The notes under the pieces were generated by a model. It was not told the DNA's origin. It did not search any database and saw only the letters and a program-made list of their open reading frames with translations. A DNA stretch of 62,753 nucleotides from an uncultured virus (IMG/VR IMGVR_UViG_3300031758_000014). Lineage: Duplodnaviria > Heunggongvirae > Uroviricota > Caudoviricetes. Shown piece by piece: positions 1-7,891 of this stretch; positions within the stretch are counted from its first letter, which is position 1, and every line of letters starts with the position of its first letter. A program made the position numbers and the translations under genes. Location: the IMG/VR virus record IMGVR_UViG_3300031758_000014, one strand, 5' to 3'.

Positions 1-85
1 AGTAATCAACTTTAAAAAATAGTTTGGATTTTTTATATTAAGAAATTATTATTTCTGATATATACCTTTAAAAAAATCCAAACAA

Positions 86-386
86 ATGAAGTACAATCGA
101 CCTTAATAAGGTTTCACTTAACGACTTAAATCTTGTCGGTGGTAAAAACGCATCTCTTGGTGAGATGATTCAAAATCTAAAGACGTTGGGAATAAAAGTT
201 CCTAATGGTTTCGCAATTACAACAGACGCATACCACGATTTTATCAAGTATAATAAACTTGATGAAAAAATAACTAATCTTGTTTCTGATATAGATGATA
301 GTGATATCAACTTACTTAGAAAAACTGGATTAGAAGTAAGACAATTAAGTTCCTCTTTTTTTATTCTTCTACTTTTTCAATTATAG
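86..386 (+). pseudogene. ppsA: Truncated, frameshifted N-terminal fragment of phosphoenolpyruvate synthase
   Basis: Frame from 93 reads TIDLNKVSLNDLNLVGGKNASLGEMIQNL..GIKVPNGFAIT, the PEP synthase N-terminal signature. ATG at 86 is out of frame; homology ends near 345. Confidence 0.8.
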
Positions 387-561
387 TCATTAAATTATAT
401 TCTCTTGAATCTCTTCTCGAATCTTCATATGAATCATATGTTTTGTCTTTGGTAGATGTATATATGAATGTTCTTTTTATAGATATTGCTTGTCTTTTCG
501 TATCATACATACCTAACTCTAAAATTGGGTCTAAACCATTATCATAATAAACTCTCCACAT
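361..561 (-). CDS. hypothetical protein with C-terminal tag variant (REYNLMTII)
   Basis: ORF track; shared C-terminal motif. Confidence 0.55.
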   Translation of the reverse strand: MWRVYYDNGLDPILELGMYDTKRQAISIKRTFIYTSTKDKTYDSYEDSRRDSREYNLMTIIEKVEE

Positions 562-636
562 AAAAACTTTTTTACTTTATACTATATATTTAAAGAAAAT
601 ATTACTATATTTACATGTTAAATTAATATATAGATT

Positions 637-927
637 ATGATTAATTGGGATAATTATAAGATTGGTCAAGAACTAAATCTTAAAATAGTAGCCACTAATT
701 CAGTAGCAAACTTAAAAGTTAAAATATCTGATTTTGAATGGGCACCTAATAGAACATTACATCTTTCTGATGTAGAAGTTATTGAATCTGATGTGGAAGA
801 TTATCACACAGGTGACTTGTTAAGACTACCGATGATAGTAAAAGATGAATGTTTTAAATTCTTAGTAGTAACGCACTATAAATCTTACAAAGAAGTAGTA
901 AAAGAAGGATCAATTTGTTTAAACTAA
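637..927 (+). CDS. hypothetical protein
   Basis: ORF track, plausible composition. Confidence 0.6.
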   Translation: MINWDNYKIGQELNLKIVATNSVANLKVKISDFEWAPNRTLHLSDVEVIESDVEDYHTGDLLRLPMIVKDECFKFLVVTHYKSYKEVVKEGSICLN

Positions 928-1145
928 TCCTTTTTTAAAATTTTATTAAGTTTCCATTCTCTAAGTGCGGCTGGAACTTTTGAATAATAATTTTCATGTA
1001 TAGAAAATGTTAGGTTTTCTTTACCATTCTTTATGGTTATAAAATAAACATCACCTATTCTATTTTCTCGTATAAGTTCATAATCAAAGAAGTTAATATA
1101 AACCTCTTCGATTTCTCCATAAACACTTATTCTAAACTTATCCAT
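924..1145 (-). CDS. hypothetical protein with C-terminal tag (REWKLNKIL)
   Basis: Overlapping minus-strand operon; shared motif. Confidence 0.7.
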   Translation of the reverse strand: MDKFRISVYGEIEEVYINFFDYELIRENRIGDVYFITIKNGKENLTFSIHENYYSKVPAALREWKLNKILKKD

Positions 1146-1557
1146 TTAAAATTTGTTCTAATTTAATATCTCTTTTGGTTGCTTCATCAGCAATCAGTTT
1201 AAGTTCTTTAATATCAACCCATTGACCATTCAAAAAATCAATTATACCATTTCTATTTGATTTATCTCTTACATAATTATCCGTACCTGATATATCTTCA
1301 ACTTTGACTTTAGCTTTTGTATCAGAAACATTCAAAAGTGATACTTCATAATAAACAGTGAACGTATTACCTGATGAATTTTCTTTCAAATCTAAAATAT
1401 GAAGACATTTATCACCAATTCCTAATTTATAAACATCTTTCTTAACTTTAGATTTCAACCTTTCTATTTCAACATTCTTACTCTTTACTTTAATTAAAAG
1501 TAAAATTGTTGATGATATTGTAAATATAAATCCTGTTATAGCAAATGCGAAACTCAT
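1138..1557 (-). CDS. membrane-anchored hypothetical protein with C-terminal tag (RDIKLEQIL)
   Basis: N-terminal hydrophobic helix; shared motif. Confidence 0.7.
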   Translation of the reverse strand: MSFAFAITGFIFTISSTILLLIKVKSKNVEIERLKSKVKKDVYKLGIGDKCLHILDLKENSSGNTFTVYYEVSLLNVSDTKAKVKVEDISGTDNYVRDKSNRNGIIDFLNGQWVDIKELKLIADEATKRDIKLEQILNG

Positions 1558-1559
1558 AA

Positions 1560-1799
1560 TTATTTTTTAGACATTAACTTAATATTATCGGTTGTTGCTT
1601 CCATCATTTCATGAATTGCTTGATGATAAGCAATAAACGCTTTATGAAACTTTAGATTGTTCTCCATAATTTTAGAGTTATTCTCCATCATTTCTGTCGC
1701 ATTTTTAGTTAAATTGTTGAATAGATCAACTGGATTTGTGAACTTTTGATCATTAAAAGCTTTTTGCCACATATCCATCATTTCTTTAAATTGTTCCAT
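1560..1799 (-). CDS. hypothetical helical protein
   Basis: ORF track, in operon. Confidence 0.65.
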   Translation of the reverse strand: MEQFKEMMDMWQKAFNDQKFTNPVDLFNNLTKNATEMMENNSKIMENNLKFHKAFIAYHQAIHEMMEATTDNIKLMSKK

Positions 1800-1998
1800 C
1801 TTGTAGTATATTTTCTATTTTTTTATTTCTTATTTCATATAAAGGTTTAAAACGCCACATAGGGTAAATGTCATAAAAACTCATATCGTTTTTTATGACA
1901 CTACCATGTTTAAAAGTATCAATTTGATCTAATGTGTATATCTTACCTATTGTTAGGTGACGTTCTACTCCTTTATTATCAATACACAATAGTTTCAT
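1786..1998 (-). CDS. hypothetical protein with C-terminal tag (RNKKIENIL)
   Basis: ORF track; shared motif. Confidence 0.7.
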   Translation of the reverse strand: MKLLCIDNKGVERHLTIGKIYTLDQIDTFKHGSVIKNDMSFYDIYPMWRFKPLYEIRNKKIENILQDGTI

Positions 1999-2420
1999 TA
2001 CTCTAAAACATCATTAATTCTTTCATTTCTGAAAGATTGTAAATCTATTTCAGTTTCAACATATTCATAGAAACTAATAGTAACCATACTTGCGTATTCA
2101 TTAGACTCTTCTTCATTAGCACTTGGATGTAACATATAATCTACATCTTCACGCCATCTTGTTTGGATTTCACCATACTTCTCACGTAGTTTTCTATTGA
2201 ATGCTAAAAATGTATCTTCATCAACACTTAAAACATCTTCCATGTCGTAGGCATAGTCTCGTAGAGAAACTTTTTTATATTCAGAAATATTAAGTTCCTT
2301 AACTTTATTTTTAGCACCTTCAAGGTCAAATGTAACTAATGATGGACTACCACCTTCTGAGTCAGAGTAAATCTCATCGTTGTACTCAAAACCCTTTTGT
2401 AAAATAACGTAACTTTTCAT
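1998..2420 (-). CDS. hypothetical protein with C-terminal tag (RNERINDVL)
   Basis: ORF track; shared motif. Confidence 0.7.
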   Translation of the reverse strand: MKSYVILQKGFEYNDEIYSDSEGGSPSLVTFDLEGAKNKVKELNISEYKKVSLRDYAYDMEDVLSVDEDTFLAFNRKLREKYGEIQTRWREDVDYMLHPSANEEESNEYASMVTISFYEYVETEIDLQSFRNERINDVLE

Positions 2421-2421
2421 A

Positions 2422-2622
2422 TTATTTGTTTAATTCAGTAATTAATAAGTCTGCGAAATGAACTGCGCTTTTAGATAACTCGGAAACATCAATTTCATTA
2501 CTTGATATTAATAAACCATTTAATATCTCTAATGCCATCTTTTCTCGTTTAGTCATTTCTGATGCTGGTCTACTTCCCATTTGCTCAATTCGCAATTTGT
2601 TGTTTTCTTCAATTGTACTCAT
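2422..2622 (-). CDS. hypothetical phage protein (MTKRE.MA...ADLLI.ELNK type)
   Basis: ORF track; likely start at MSTIEE; TAtaTTTG promoter just upstream. Confidence 0.65.
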   Translation of the reverse strand: MSTIEENNKLRIEQMGSRPASEMTKREKMALEILNGLLISSNEIDVSELSKSAVHFADLLITELNK

Positions 2623-2665
2623 GTTATTTAAAATATTTAATAAGTTTAATGTCACAAATATAATA

Positions 2666-2695
2666 AAAAAGATCCATTTTTACAATGGATCTTTA
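2666..2695 (-). terminator. intrinsic terminator
   Basis: AAAGATCCATT/AATGGATCTTT hairpin followed by a U-run on the minus strand. Confidence 0.7.
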
Positions 2696-2884
2696 CCAAA
2701 AACAATTACATCAACTTTATTTTGAATTTTTGAAAGTGGTGGTAAAATAACTTTATCAACAACCCATCTCTCAATCATCATATTTGGATCTTTTCTAGCA
2801 TTGTGCTTAAGTGGTAATTTATCAATCTTTTACCACCTTTTGACAAAGAAAAATAATAGTTTATATTTATACAAATATAATAAA

Positions 2885-3337
2885 TTATTTTCTGTTCTGT
2901 TGTAAAAACTTTAAGTAATTTTCATTTCTTATGTTTTTCATTTTAACTATTAGTTTGTCCCACTCTAACATTAAAGATTCTGGTATCTCTATACCTTTCA
3001 TCTCAAACTCTTTAAGTATTTCTTCTTTAGTGAAACTACATTCAACAATACCTTCAGTCCATTGTTTAACCCATAAACCCCAACCTTTTTTACCACTGAT
3101 TACAGCTTTAAGTATATTAGGGTGTTTTGTTCTTGGATTTACAAACTTAAATCTACCGTTGTCATATTCTCTAAACGCAAACTTAGCTTCAGAACCGTTT
3201 TTGACGTAATCTACTTCGAAATTAGAACCACAAAAAGTTATTAAACCAGTTCTATAAATTTTGAAATAAAACTCAAACATTTTATTAAAATTATCTGAGT
3301 ATTTTTTTAATTTTCTATCGTTTCTAGAACCTACCAC
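2885..3337 (-). CDS. hypothetical protein
   Basis: ORF track. Confidence 0.6.
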   Translation of the reverse strand: MVGSRNDRKLKKYSDNFNKMFEFYFKIYRTGLITFCGSNFEVDYVKNGSEAKFAFREYDNGRFKFVNPRTKHPNILKAVISGKKGWGLWVKQWTEGIVECSFTKEEILKEFEMKGIEIPESLMLEWDKLIVKMKNIRNENYLKFLQQNRK

Positions 3338-3407
3338 TTCCAGTGATTTTTTTATTCTAGTTAGCTTATCGCCTCCAACTCTTTCATATAATTTATTTTA
3401 TTTTTAG

Positions 3408-3481
3408 TGGAGAATACCGGAATCGAACCGGTCACCTCTTGTCTGCCAGACAAGCGCTCTAGCCAAATGAGCTAATTCCCC
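3408..3481 (-). tRNA. tRNA-Ala(GGC)
   Basis: Cloverleaf GGGGAAT...CT GGC AG...ATTCTCCA with G3:U70. Confidence 0.92.
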
Positions 3482-3487
3482 AATTAA

Positions 3488-3627
3488 GTAGAGAAATTTA
3501 GATGAGTGTGTTTTTACTATGCTATCCATTACACCACCACCGCATTATTTTTATTTGAGCGGTGACCAGGACTCGAACCTGGATCAGTCGTTTGAAATAC
3601 GAAGTAACACTCGTTCTTTACTACTAC
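3488..3627 (-). ncRNA. Circularly permuted tRNA-Glu(TTC)-like RNA closed by a conserved stem module (YrlA-like architecture)
   Basis: Order on the RNA: module 5' strand, anticodon loop, T arm CCAGG TTCGAGT CCTGG, acceptor 3' strand TCACCGC, AT-rich loop, acceptor 5' strand GCGGTGG, D arm, module 3' strand. Confidence 0.8.
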
Positions 3628-3631
3628 TTTG

Positions 3632-3703
3632 AGCGAGAAATGAGATTCGAACTCACGACACTCTGGTTGGTAACCAGATACTCTACCACTGAGCTATTCT
3701 CGC
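3632..3703 (-). tRNA. tRNA-Gly(ACC), unusual A34 anticodon
   Basis: GCGAGAA..TCTGG TT ACC AA CCAGA..TTCTCGC T; Gly-type acceptor and U73. Confidence 0.85.
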
Positions 3704-3714
3704 AATTACAAAAG

Positions 3715-3861
3715 TTAAACTTTCAACTTTTGTTTTCTTTTTCTTTTGATCATCTTCATTATGAATTTGAATACATGATCATTTGCATCCTTTCTTAATT
3801 TTACCTTTGATGATTCGAAACTTCCCGTTAATACTTCTTTACTTTTTTTCATTTGTTTCAT
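3715..3861 (-). CDS. small basic hypothetical protein (48 aa, MKQMKKSKEV...)
   Basis: Manually translated ORF between tRNAs. Confidence 0.4.
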   Translation of the reverse strand: MKQMKKSKEVLTGSFESSKVKLRKDANDHVFKFIMKMIKRKRKQKLKV

Positions 3862-3877
3862 ATTTTTATTTTTTGTG

Positions 3878-3951
3878 TGGAGCTAGGGGTGTACGATACC
3901 CCATCTCCGCATTGCAAGTGCGGTATGTTAGCCAGTTGTCACCATAGCCCC
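3878..3951 (-). tRNA. tRNA-Ala(TGC), atypical T loop
   Basis: GGGGCTA acceptor with G3:U70; CT TGC AA loop; T loop ATCGTAC. Confidence 0.85.
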
Positions 3952-3996
3952 AAATTGAAGGAAGACTAACCTTCGTTGTAACTTAAAGTCTTTTTG

Positions 3997-4084
3997 AGCA
4001 GGTAGTGGGATTCGAACCCACGATGTGAACCTTATCTGACCGGATTGGAAATCCGGAGCCATCGACCAACTAGGCGACACCTGC
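3997..4084 (-). tRNA. tRNA-Gly(TCC) with long variable region
   Basis: CCGGA TT TCC AA TCCGG; about 18-nt variable region; canonical T arm; U73. Confidence 0.8.
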
Positions 4085-4621
4085 ATGTATTTCTCTATGA
4101 CAATTAGAACAAACTAAAATACATTTATCTAATTCATTTTTTATTCTATCCCAAGAAAGATTATATTTCCCGGAGATTGTAAAATCTTTTTCACTCGGAT
4201 TGGTATGATGAAAATCAAGTGCTTGAATACATTTATTATACCCACATAAAATACATTCACCACCTTTATACTCAACCGATTTTATTTTTAACATTGTTCT
4301 TCTTTTCAATCTATAAATTTTAGAATTTTTTTTAGCTGCATCACTATCAACCCTCTTAATATCAGCATGTTTAATTACTGTTGTTTCTGAAATTCCAAAA
4401 TATATAGATGTTTCTTTTTTTGTGTGTGTTTTATAATATTCTTTTAATTGTAAAATTTCATCTTCATTTAACTCTTTATATTTTTTTAATCCAATATCAC
4501 TTAGTCCATTTTCCTTACACCATTTTGATACTATTGATTTTGAACATTTTAATATTTCACTTATTTTATTTAAACTGAATCCATTTTTTCTCAATTCAAT
4601 TATTTTACTTTCCAAACTCAT
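4070..4621 (-). CDS. HTH-HNH homing-endonuclease-like protein
   Basis: CxxC, LDFHH, CILVCSNCHREIH; stop codon overlaps the tRNA 5' end. Confidence 0.85.
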   Translation of the reverse strand: MSLESKIIELRKNGFSLNKISEILKCSKSIVSKWCKENGLSDIGLKKYKELNEDEILQLKEYYKTHTKKETSIYFGISETTVIKHADIKRVDSDAAKKNSKIYRLKRRTMLKIKSVEYKGGECILCGYNKCIQALDFHHTNPSEKDFTISGKYNLSWDRIKNELDKCILVCSNCHREIHAGVA

Positions 4622-4677
4622 ATACTTTCCAATTCTTTCTTATATATATTAAAGTATATGGGTTCTCACCCAAAATG

Positions 4678-4758
4678 TCGATAGGGTGGGATTCGAACCC
4701 ACGTTTTCAACTTCCCGCTACGGATATTCAATGTATAAGATTGAACCGGTACCTATCG
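4678..4758 (-). tRNA. tRNA-Ile(TAT)-like RNA lacking a D arm, long variable region
   Basis: CGATAGG/CCTATCG acceptor; TTCAAT CT TAT AC ATTGAA; GTGGG TTCGAAT CCCAC. Confidence 0.65.
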
Positions 4759-4828
4759 TTTTAATTCTTTTCGTGAATCACTCGGTGGATTTTGATAGAC
4801 CAGTAGACCACTTACTACCTGTTTCTTA

Positions 4829-5143
4829 TTATAACTTTATAAATGTTTCACTCTTAATTGATTTACTAATCCATCTAGCTAATTCAGAACCTCTAATTTC
4901 AGCTTCAAATCTAGTTGTGCCTAAATCTTCTGATAAAATAACAGTTTCTACTTCATACATAGATAAACCACTTTCATCATTAAATGTTGGTCCTTCTTGT
5001 GTTGTTGATATTGGGAATTGGTATAACTCACCAAATACTTCAACATTGTAATATAAATTACCAGCGATATAGTGACTGAATCTTGCCATTGTTTTAGACT
5101 TCATTAAGTCTTTTTTTACTTCTACTTCATTAAACATAATCAT
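4829..5143 (-). CDS. hypothetical protein
   Basis: ORF track. Confidence 0.65.
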   Translation of the reverse strand: MIMFNEVEVKKDLMKSKTMARFSHYIAGNLYYNVEVFGELYQFPISTTQEGPTFNDESGLSMYEVETVILSEDLGTTRFEAEIRGSELARWISKSIKSETFIKL

Positions 5144-5157
5144 TTATTTTTTATTTG

Positions 5158-5240
5158 TTGGAAGGGAGGGATTCGAACCCCCGTACCCGTTAGGGAGCGG
5201 ATTTACAGTCCGCCGCATTTAACCACTCTGCCACCTTCCA
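5158..5240 (-). tRNA. tRNA-Tyr(GTA)
   Basis: GCGGA CT GTA AA TCCGC with Tyr-type variable arm. Confidence 0.92.
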
Positions 5241-5254
5241 GTTTTTATTTCATT

Positions 5255-5881
5255 TTATTTTTTTAATCTTCCCAATTCCCATCCTTCAGGGATTATCTCA
5301 TTTTTTTTTATTTTTTTATTCTCATACCCATTTGTTATCCAACAAGTTCCAAATTGAGAATTATTCTCACCTTTTTGAATTTCACTCAACTTTTCACTTA
5401 TCTTAATTTTAGATTCTTGTGAATGTTTTTTACCACTGAAACCTTTACTATTTAAATTATTTTTATTACCTTTTAGTTTATTTGATATTTTTTTTATCCA
5501 ATTATCTTTAAAATCAATATCTTTCCTTTTTTCATTTAGTCTATCATTACCAGCTTTAGAACATTTCATTTGATGTTCCTCATCTTTAAATCCACCACTA
5601 CCACCAACTCTCAAATTCATACAAAGAGTTTCATTTATTAGATTTGATGTAATAAGATCAATTTCCGCTTTTATCAGTTCATCTCTATTATCATAAAATT
5701 CCAATATTTCAATTTTAAAATTCTCTTTACCATACTTTCTTATTGAGTATCTTAATTTTTTACCAGATCCCAAATATCCATCGTTTAAATTATTTGTACT
5801 GTGCATACCATAATAATAATTATGATTTATCAAATTTGTCGTTTTATACAAATAGTGATAACATTTAATTTTTCTTGGCAT
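5255..5881 (-). CDS. Seg-like GIY-YIG homing endonuclease with NUMOD3-type motif
   Basis: YLYKTTNLIN..YYGMHST..DGYLGSG; KKHSQESKIKISE. Confidence 0.8.
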   Translation of the reverse strand: MPRKIKCYHYLYKTTNLINHNYYYGMHSTNNLNDGYLGSGKKLRYSIRKYGKENFKIEILEFYDNRDELIKAEIDLITSNLINETLCMNLRVGGSGGFKDEEHQMKCSKAGNDRLNEKRKDIDFKDNWIKKISNKLKGNKNNLNSKGFSGKKHSQESKIKISEKLSEIQKGENNSQFGTCWITNGYENKKIKKNEIIPEGWELGRLKK

Positions 5882-5937
5882 TTTTAAATTTTATTTTTAT
5901 TTATATATTAAATATAATAGTACAAAAATGTCTAAAG

Positions 5938-6005
5938 TGGGAGACGTGAGACTCGAACTCACCTGCTAGGATTTTACAGATCCGGCCGTCACCATAACCC
6001 CTCCC
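5938..6005 (-). tRNA. degenerate tRNA-Tyr(GTA)-like gene with shortened D arm
   Basis: GGAT CT GTA AA ATCC; GTGAG TTCGAGT CTCAC; GGGAG/CTCCC acceptor. Confidence 0.6.
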
Positions 6006-6016
6006 AAGTATAAACT

Positions 6017-6048
6017 AAAAAACCCAACTGATTTTGTCAGTTGGGTTT
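6017..6048 (-). terminator. attenuator terminator of tRNA cluster A
   Basis: AAACCCAACTGA/TCAGTTGGGTTT hairpin plus U-run. Confidence 0.88.
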
Positions 6049-6073
6049 CATAATATTTTTTTATTAAAATATA

Positions 6074-6169
6074 TTATAATACACTTTTACTGACAATAGG
6101 TAATCTATACCCCGCCTCATAAGCCTCGTAGCCTCTCGCTTCTATTGATATGTTAACTATTGTTCTCAT
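6074..6169 (-). CDS. leader peptide A: MRTIVNISIEARGYEAYEAGYRLPIVSKSVL
   Basis: Manual translation; E/A/G/Y/I-rich core matches downstream tRNAs; TTGTCAGT antiterminator. Confidence 0.85.
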   Translation of the reverse strand: MRTIVNISIEARGYEAYEAGYRLPIVSKSVL

Positions 6170-6203
6170 TGTATATTTTTTTAATTGTTTTTATTTTACT
6201 CTA

Positions 6204-6234
6204 CAAAGATACGGAAGTTTTTTAAAACACCAAA
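6204..6234 (-). promoter_or_regulatory. Bacteroidota-type sigma-A promoter of cluster A
   Basis: TTTG-N19-TAtcTTTG on the minus strand. Confidence 0.8.
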
Positions 6235-6254
6235 TCTTTTTATATTTTTTTTAG

Positions 6255-6328
6255 TAGCGGGAGCTGGATTCGAACCAACGACCTCAAGGTTATGAGCCTT
6301 GCGAGCTACCAGACTGCTCTATCCCGCG
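6255..6328 (-). tRNA. initiator-type tRNA-Met(CAT)
   Basis: CGCGGGA start with C1 mismatch, A11:U24, CT CAT AA loop. Confidence 0.88.
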
Positions 6329-6432
6329 ATGTAAGTATATATATTAAAAAGTTTTTCTTCCTTTTTAATTTTTATGATATTTTTTTGAAAAAGTTTAAAA
6401 AAACTTTATATTTTTTTATAAATATATACAAT

Positions 6433-6633
6433 ATGGATGATTTAGTAAGAAAAATTGGAGTTGAAAAGATAAAAGTTTTTGAAAAAGACCTTGATTACTT
6501 TATTGATTATTATAAAGATAAAGCTTTATCACAAGGATATAAAGGTGATTTAAAATTTAAAAAAGAGGGTCCAAATATTATTATATTTGTTAAACTTATT
6601 TATGAGGATAATAATTCTTCTGAATATAAATAG
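6433..6633 (+). CDS. hypothetical protein (MDDLVRK...)
   Basis: Start reassigned downstream of AATATATA motif; upstream part of the track ORF is antisense to the tRNA. Confidence 0.55.
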   Translation: MDDLVRKIGVEKIKVFEKDLDYFIDYYKDKALSQGYKGDLKFKKEGPNIIIFVKLIYEDNNSSEYK

Positions 6634-6838
6634 TTTCACCTAATCTATATTTATTCACACTAAAAACAAATGTATCACCACAATCTGTTACTATTGTATA
6701 TTTAGGTTTTACATCTAAAGTAGATCCGACTTCTTCTTCAATTTGAGTTACTACACATTCTTTAAACTCAACTTTTGGTTTATTTGAATGATAACAACCA
6801 CTTATAATTAAAGTTAATATAAATAATAAATGTTTCAT
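6596..6838 (-). CDS. putative lipoprotein
   Basis: Signal peptide ending IISGC. Confidence 0.6.
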   Translation of the reverse strand: MKHLLFILTLIISGCYHSNKPKVEFKECVVTQIEEEVGSTLDVKPKYTIVTDCGDTFVFSVNKYRLGETIYIQKNYYPHK

Positions 6839-6841
6839 AAT

Positions 6842-7597
6842 TTATATATTTAAATTTAAAAATCTATTAAATCTTTCTTTCGCTGTTAATCCTATTAATT
6901 TATTATCACTTTTCATATTTCTACTTTCCCAAATATGAACTGCCATCTCAGGTGAATTCTCATCAATTTTTGGATTTGTTGATATATTATCTGAATCATA
7001 GTATGGATATAAATATCCAAATTTCATACCTATGTCTAAAAGATGCCAGAATAAAAAGTAGTATGGTTCTTTATCTTCTATAAAAGAATAAGGTCCAATA
7101 ATTTTATGTGGATATTTAAAATTATCCTTGTACTCCTTTTTACATTTTATATCAGCAGTAACATTCCATCCAACTAATCCTTGTTTTAGTTTTAACTTAT
7201 ATCTAAGATTAGACATATTGTATTTAATCTTATTTAAATTATCGACTTTTCCAAATAATAAGAATGGATTTATTATTATTGGATTTGTGTTTCTAAGAGG
7301 ATGATATCCATCTGGACAACCTATATAATCATAATTATCAAGAAGTGATAAAGTTTTTATTATTTCTTCTTTATTTGTTAAAAAACAATCTTCGTCTAAT
7401 AGAATGAAATATTTTTCGTTTCTATCTTTTATCTCATTTATCCAATAAAACATAGAGTTTGGCCATTTTTGTATATCTCTCCCATCAATTAATATATGTT
7501 CAGATTCAGGAAACATATTTTTTATTATATTTCTTTGAACCTCTAAACACTCACTAAATAGTGTAGTAGTAACAAAAACTATATCTCTATCTTCCAT
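6842..7597 (-). CDS. glycosyltransferase-like protein (GT-A, DxD)
   Basis: FVTTTL, ILIDGR, LLDEDCF motifs. Confidence 0.55.
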   Translation of the reverse strand: MEDRDIVFVTTTLFSECLEVQRNIIKNMFPESEHILIDGRDIQKWPNSMFYWINEIKDRNEKYFILLDEDCFLTNKEEIIKTLSLLDNYDYIGCPDGYHPLRNTNPIIINPFLLFGKVDNLNKIKYNMSNLRYKLKLKQGLVGWNVTADIKCKKEYKDNFKYPHKIIGPYSFIEDKEPYYFLFWHLLDIGMKFGYLYPYYDSDNISTNPKIDENSPEMAVHIWESRNMKSDNKLIGLTAKERFNRFLNLNI

Positions 7598-7710
7598 ATC
7601 TTTTTTATTTTTTTTCTTCTCTTCATTTGTAAAAAGTTAAGCTTCATAGTAAAACTATTTGGATATAATGAAGCGAAGTCAAAATTTATCATTTTCCATT
7701 TATCTTCCAT
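7579..7710 (-). CDS. 43-aa mini-protein carrying family-B DNA polymerase motif A (FDFASLYP)
   Basis: Manual translation MEDKWKMINFDFASLYPNSFTMKLNFLQMKRRKKIKKIWKIEI; overlaps both neighbours. Confidence 0.6.
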   Translation of the reverse strand: MEDKWKMINFDFASLYPNSFTMKLNFLQMKRRKKIKKIWKIEI

Positions 7711-7891
7711 ATATCTTTTTAATTTTAATTTTACGATCGTGTGCTTTCATTAAAGATTTACTTGCCTTTAACCATCTTTCTATATAATCTTGATCACCAG
7801 ACTCAAGATCAATATTAAAGTATTTTCCTGAATTACCATATGATGGTAACACTCTTATGCTATTATATAAGTTTGGATCAAATGTTTTCAT
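7700..7891 (-). CDS. hypothetical protein with C-terminal tag variant (RKIKIKKIY)
   Basis: ORF track. Confidence 0.6.
   Translation of the reverse strand: MKTFDPNLYNSIRVLPSYGNSGKYFNIDLESGDQDYIERWLKASKSLMKAHDRKIKIKKIYGR

Noticed and set aside
22..83. 13-bp inverted repeat GTTTGGATTTTTT/AAAAAATCCAAAC upstream of the ppsA remnant
   Set aside because: Single low-complexity instance at the window edge; function cannot be supported.
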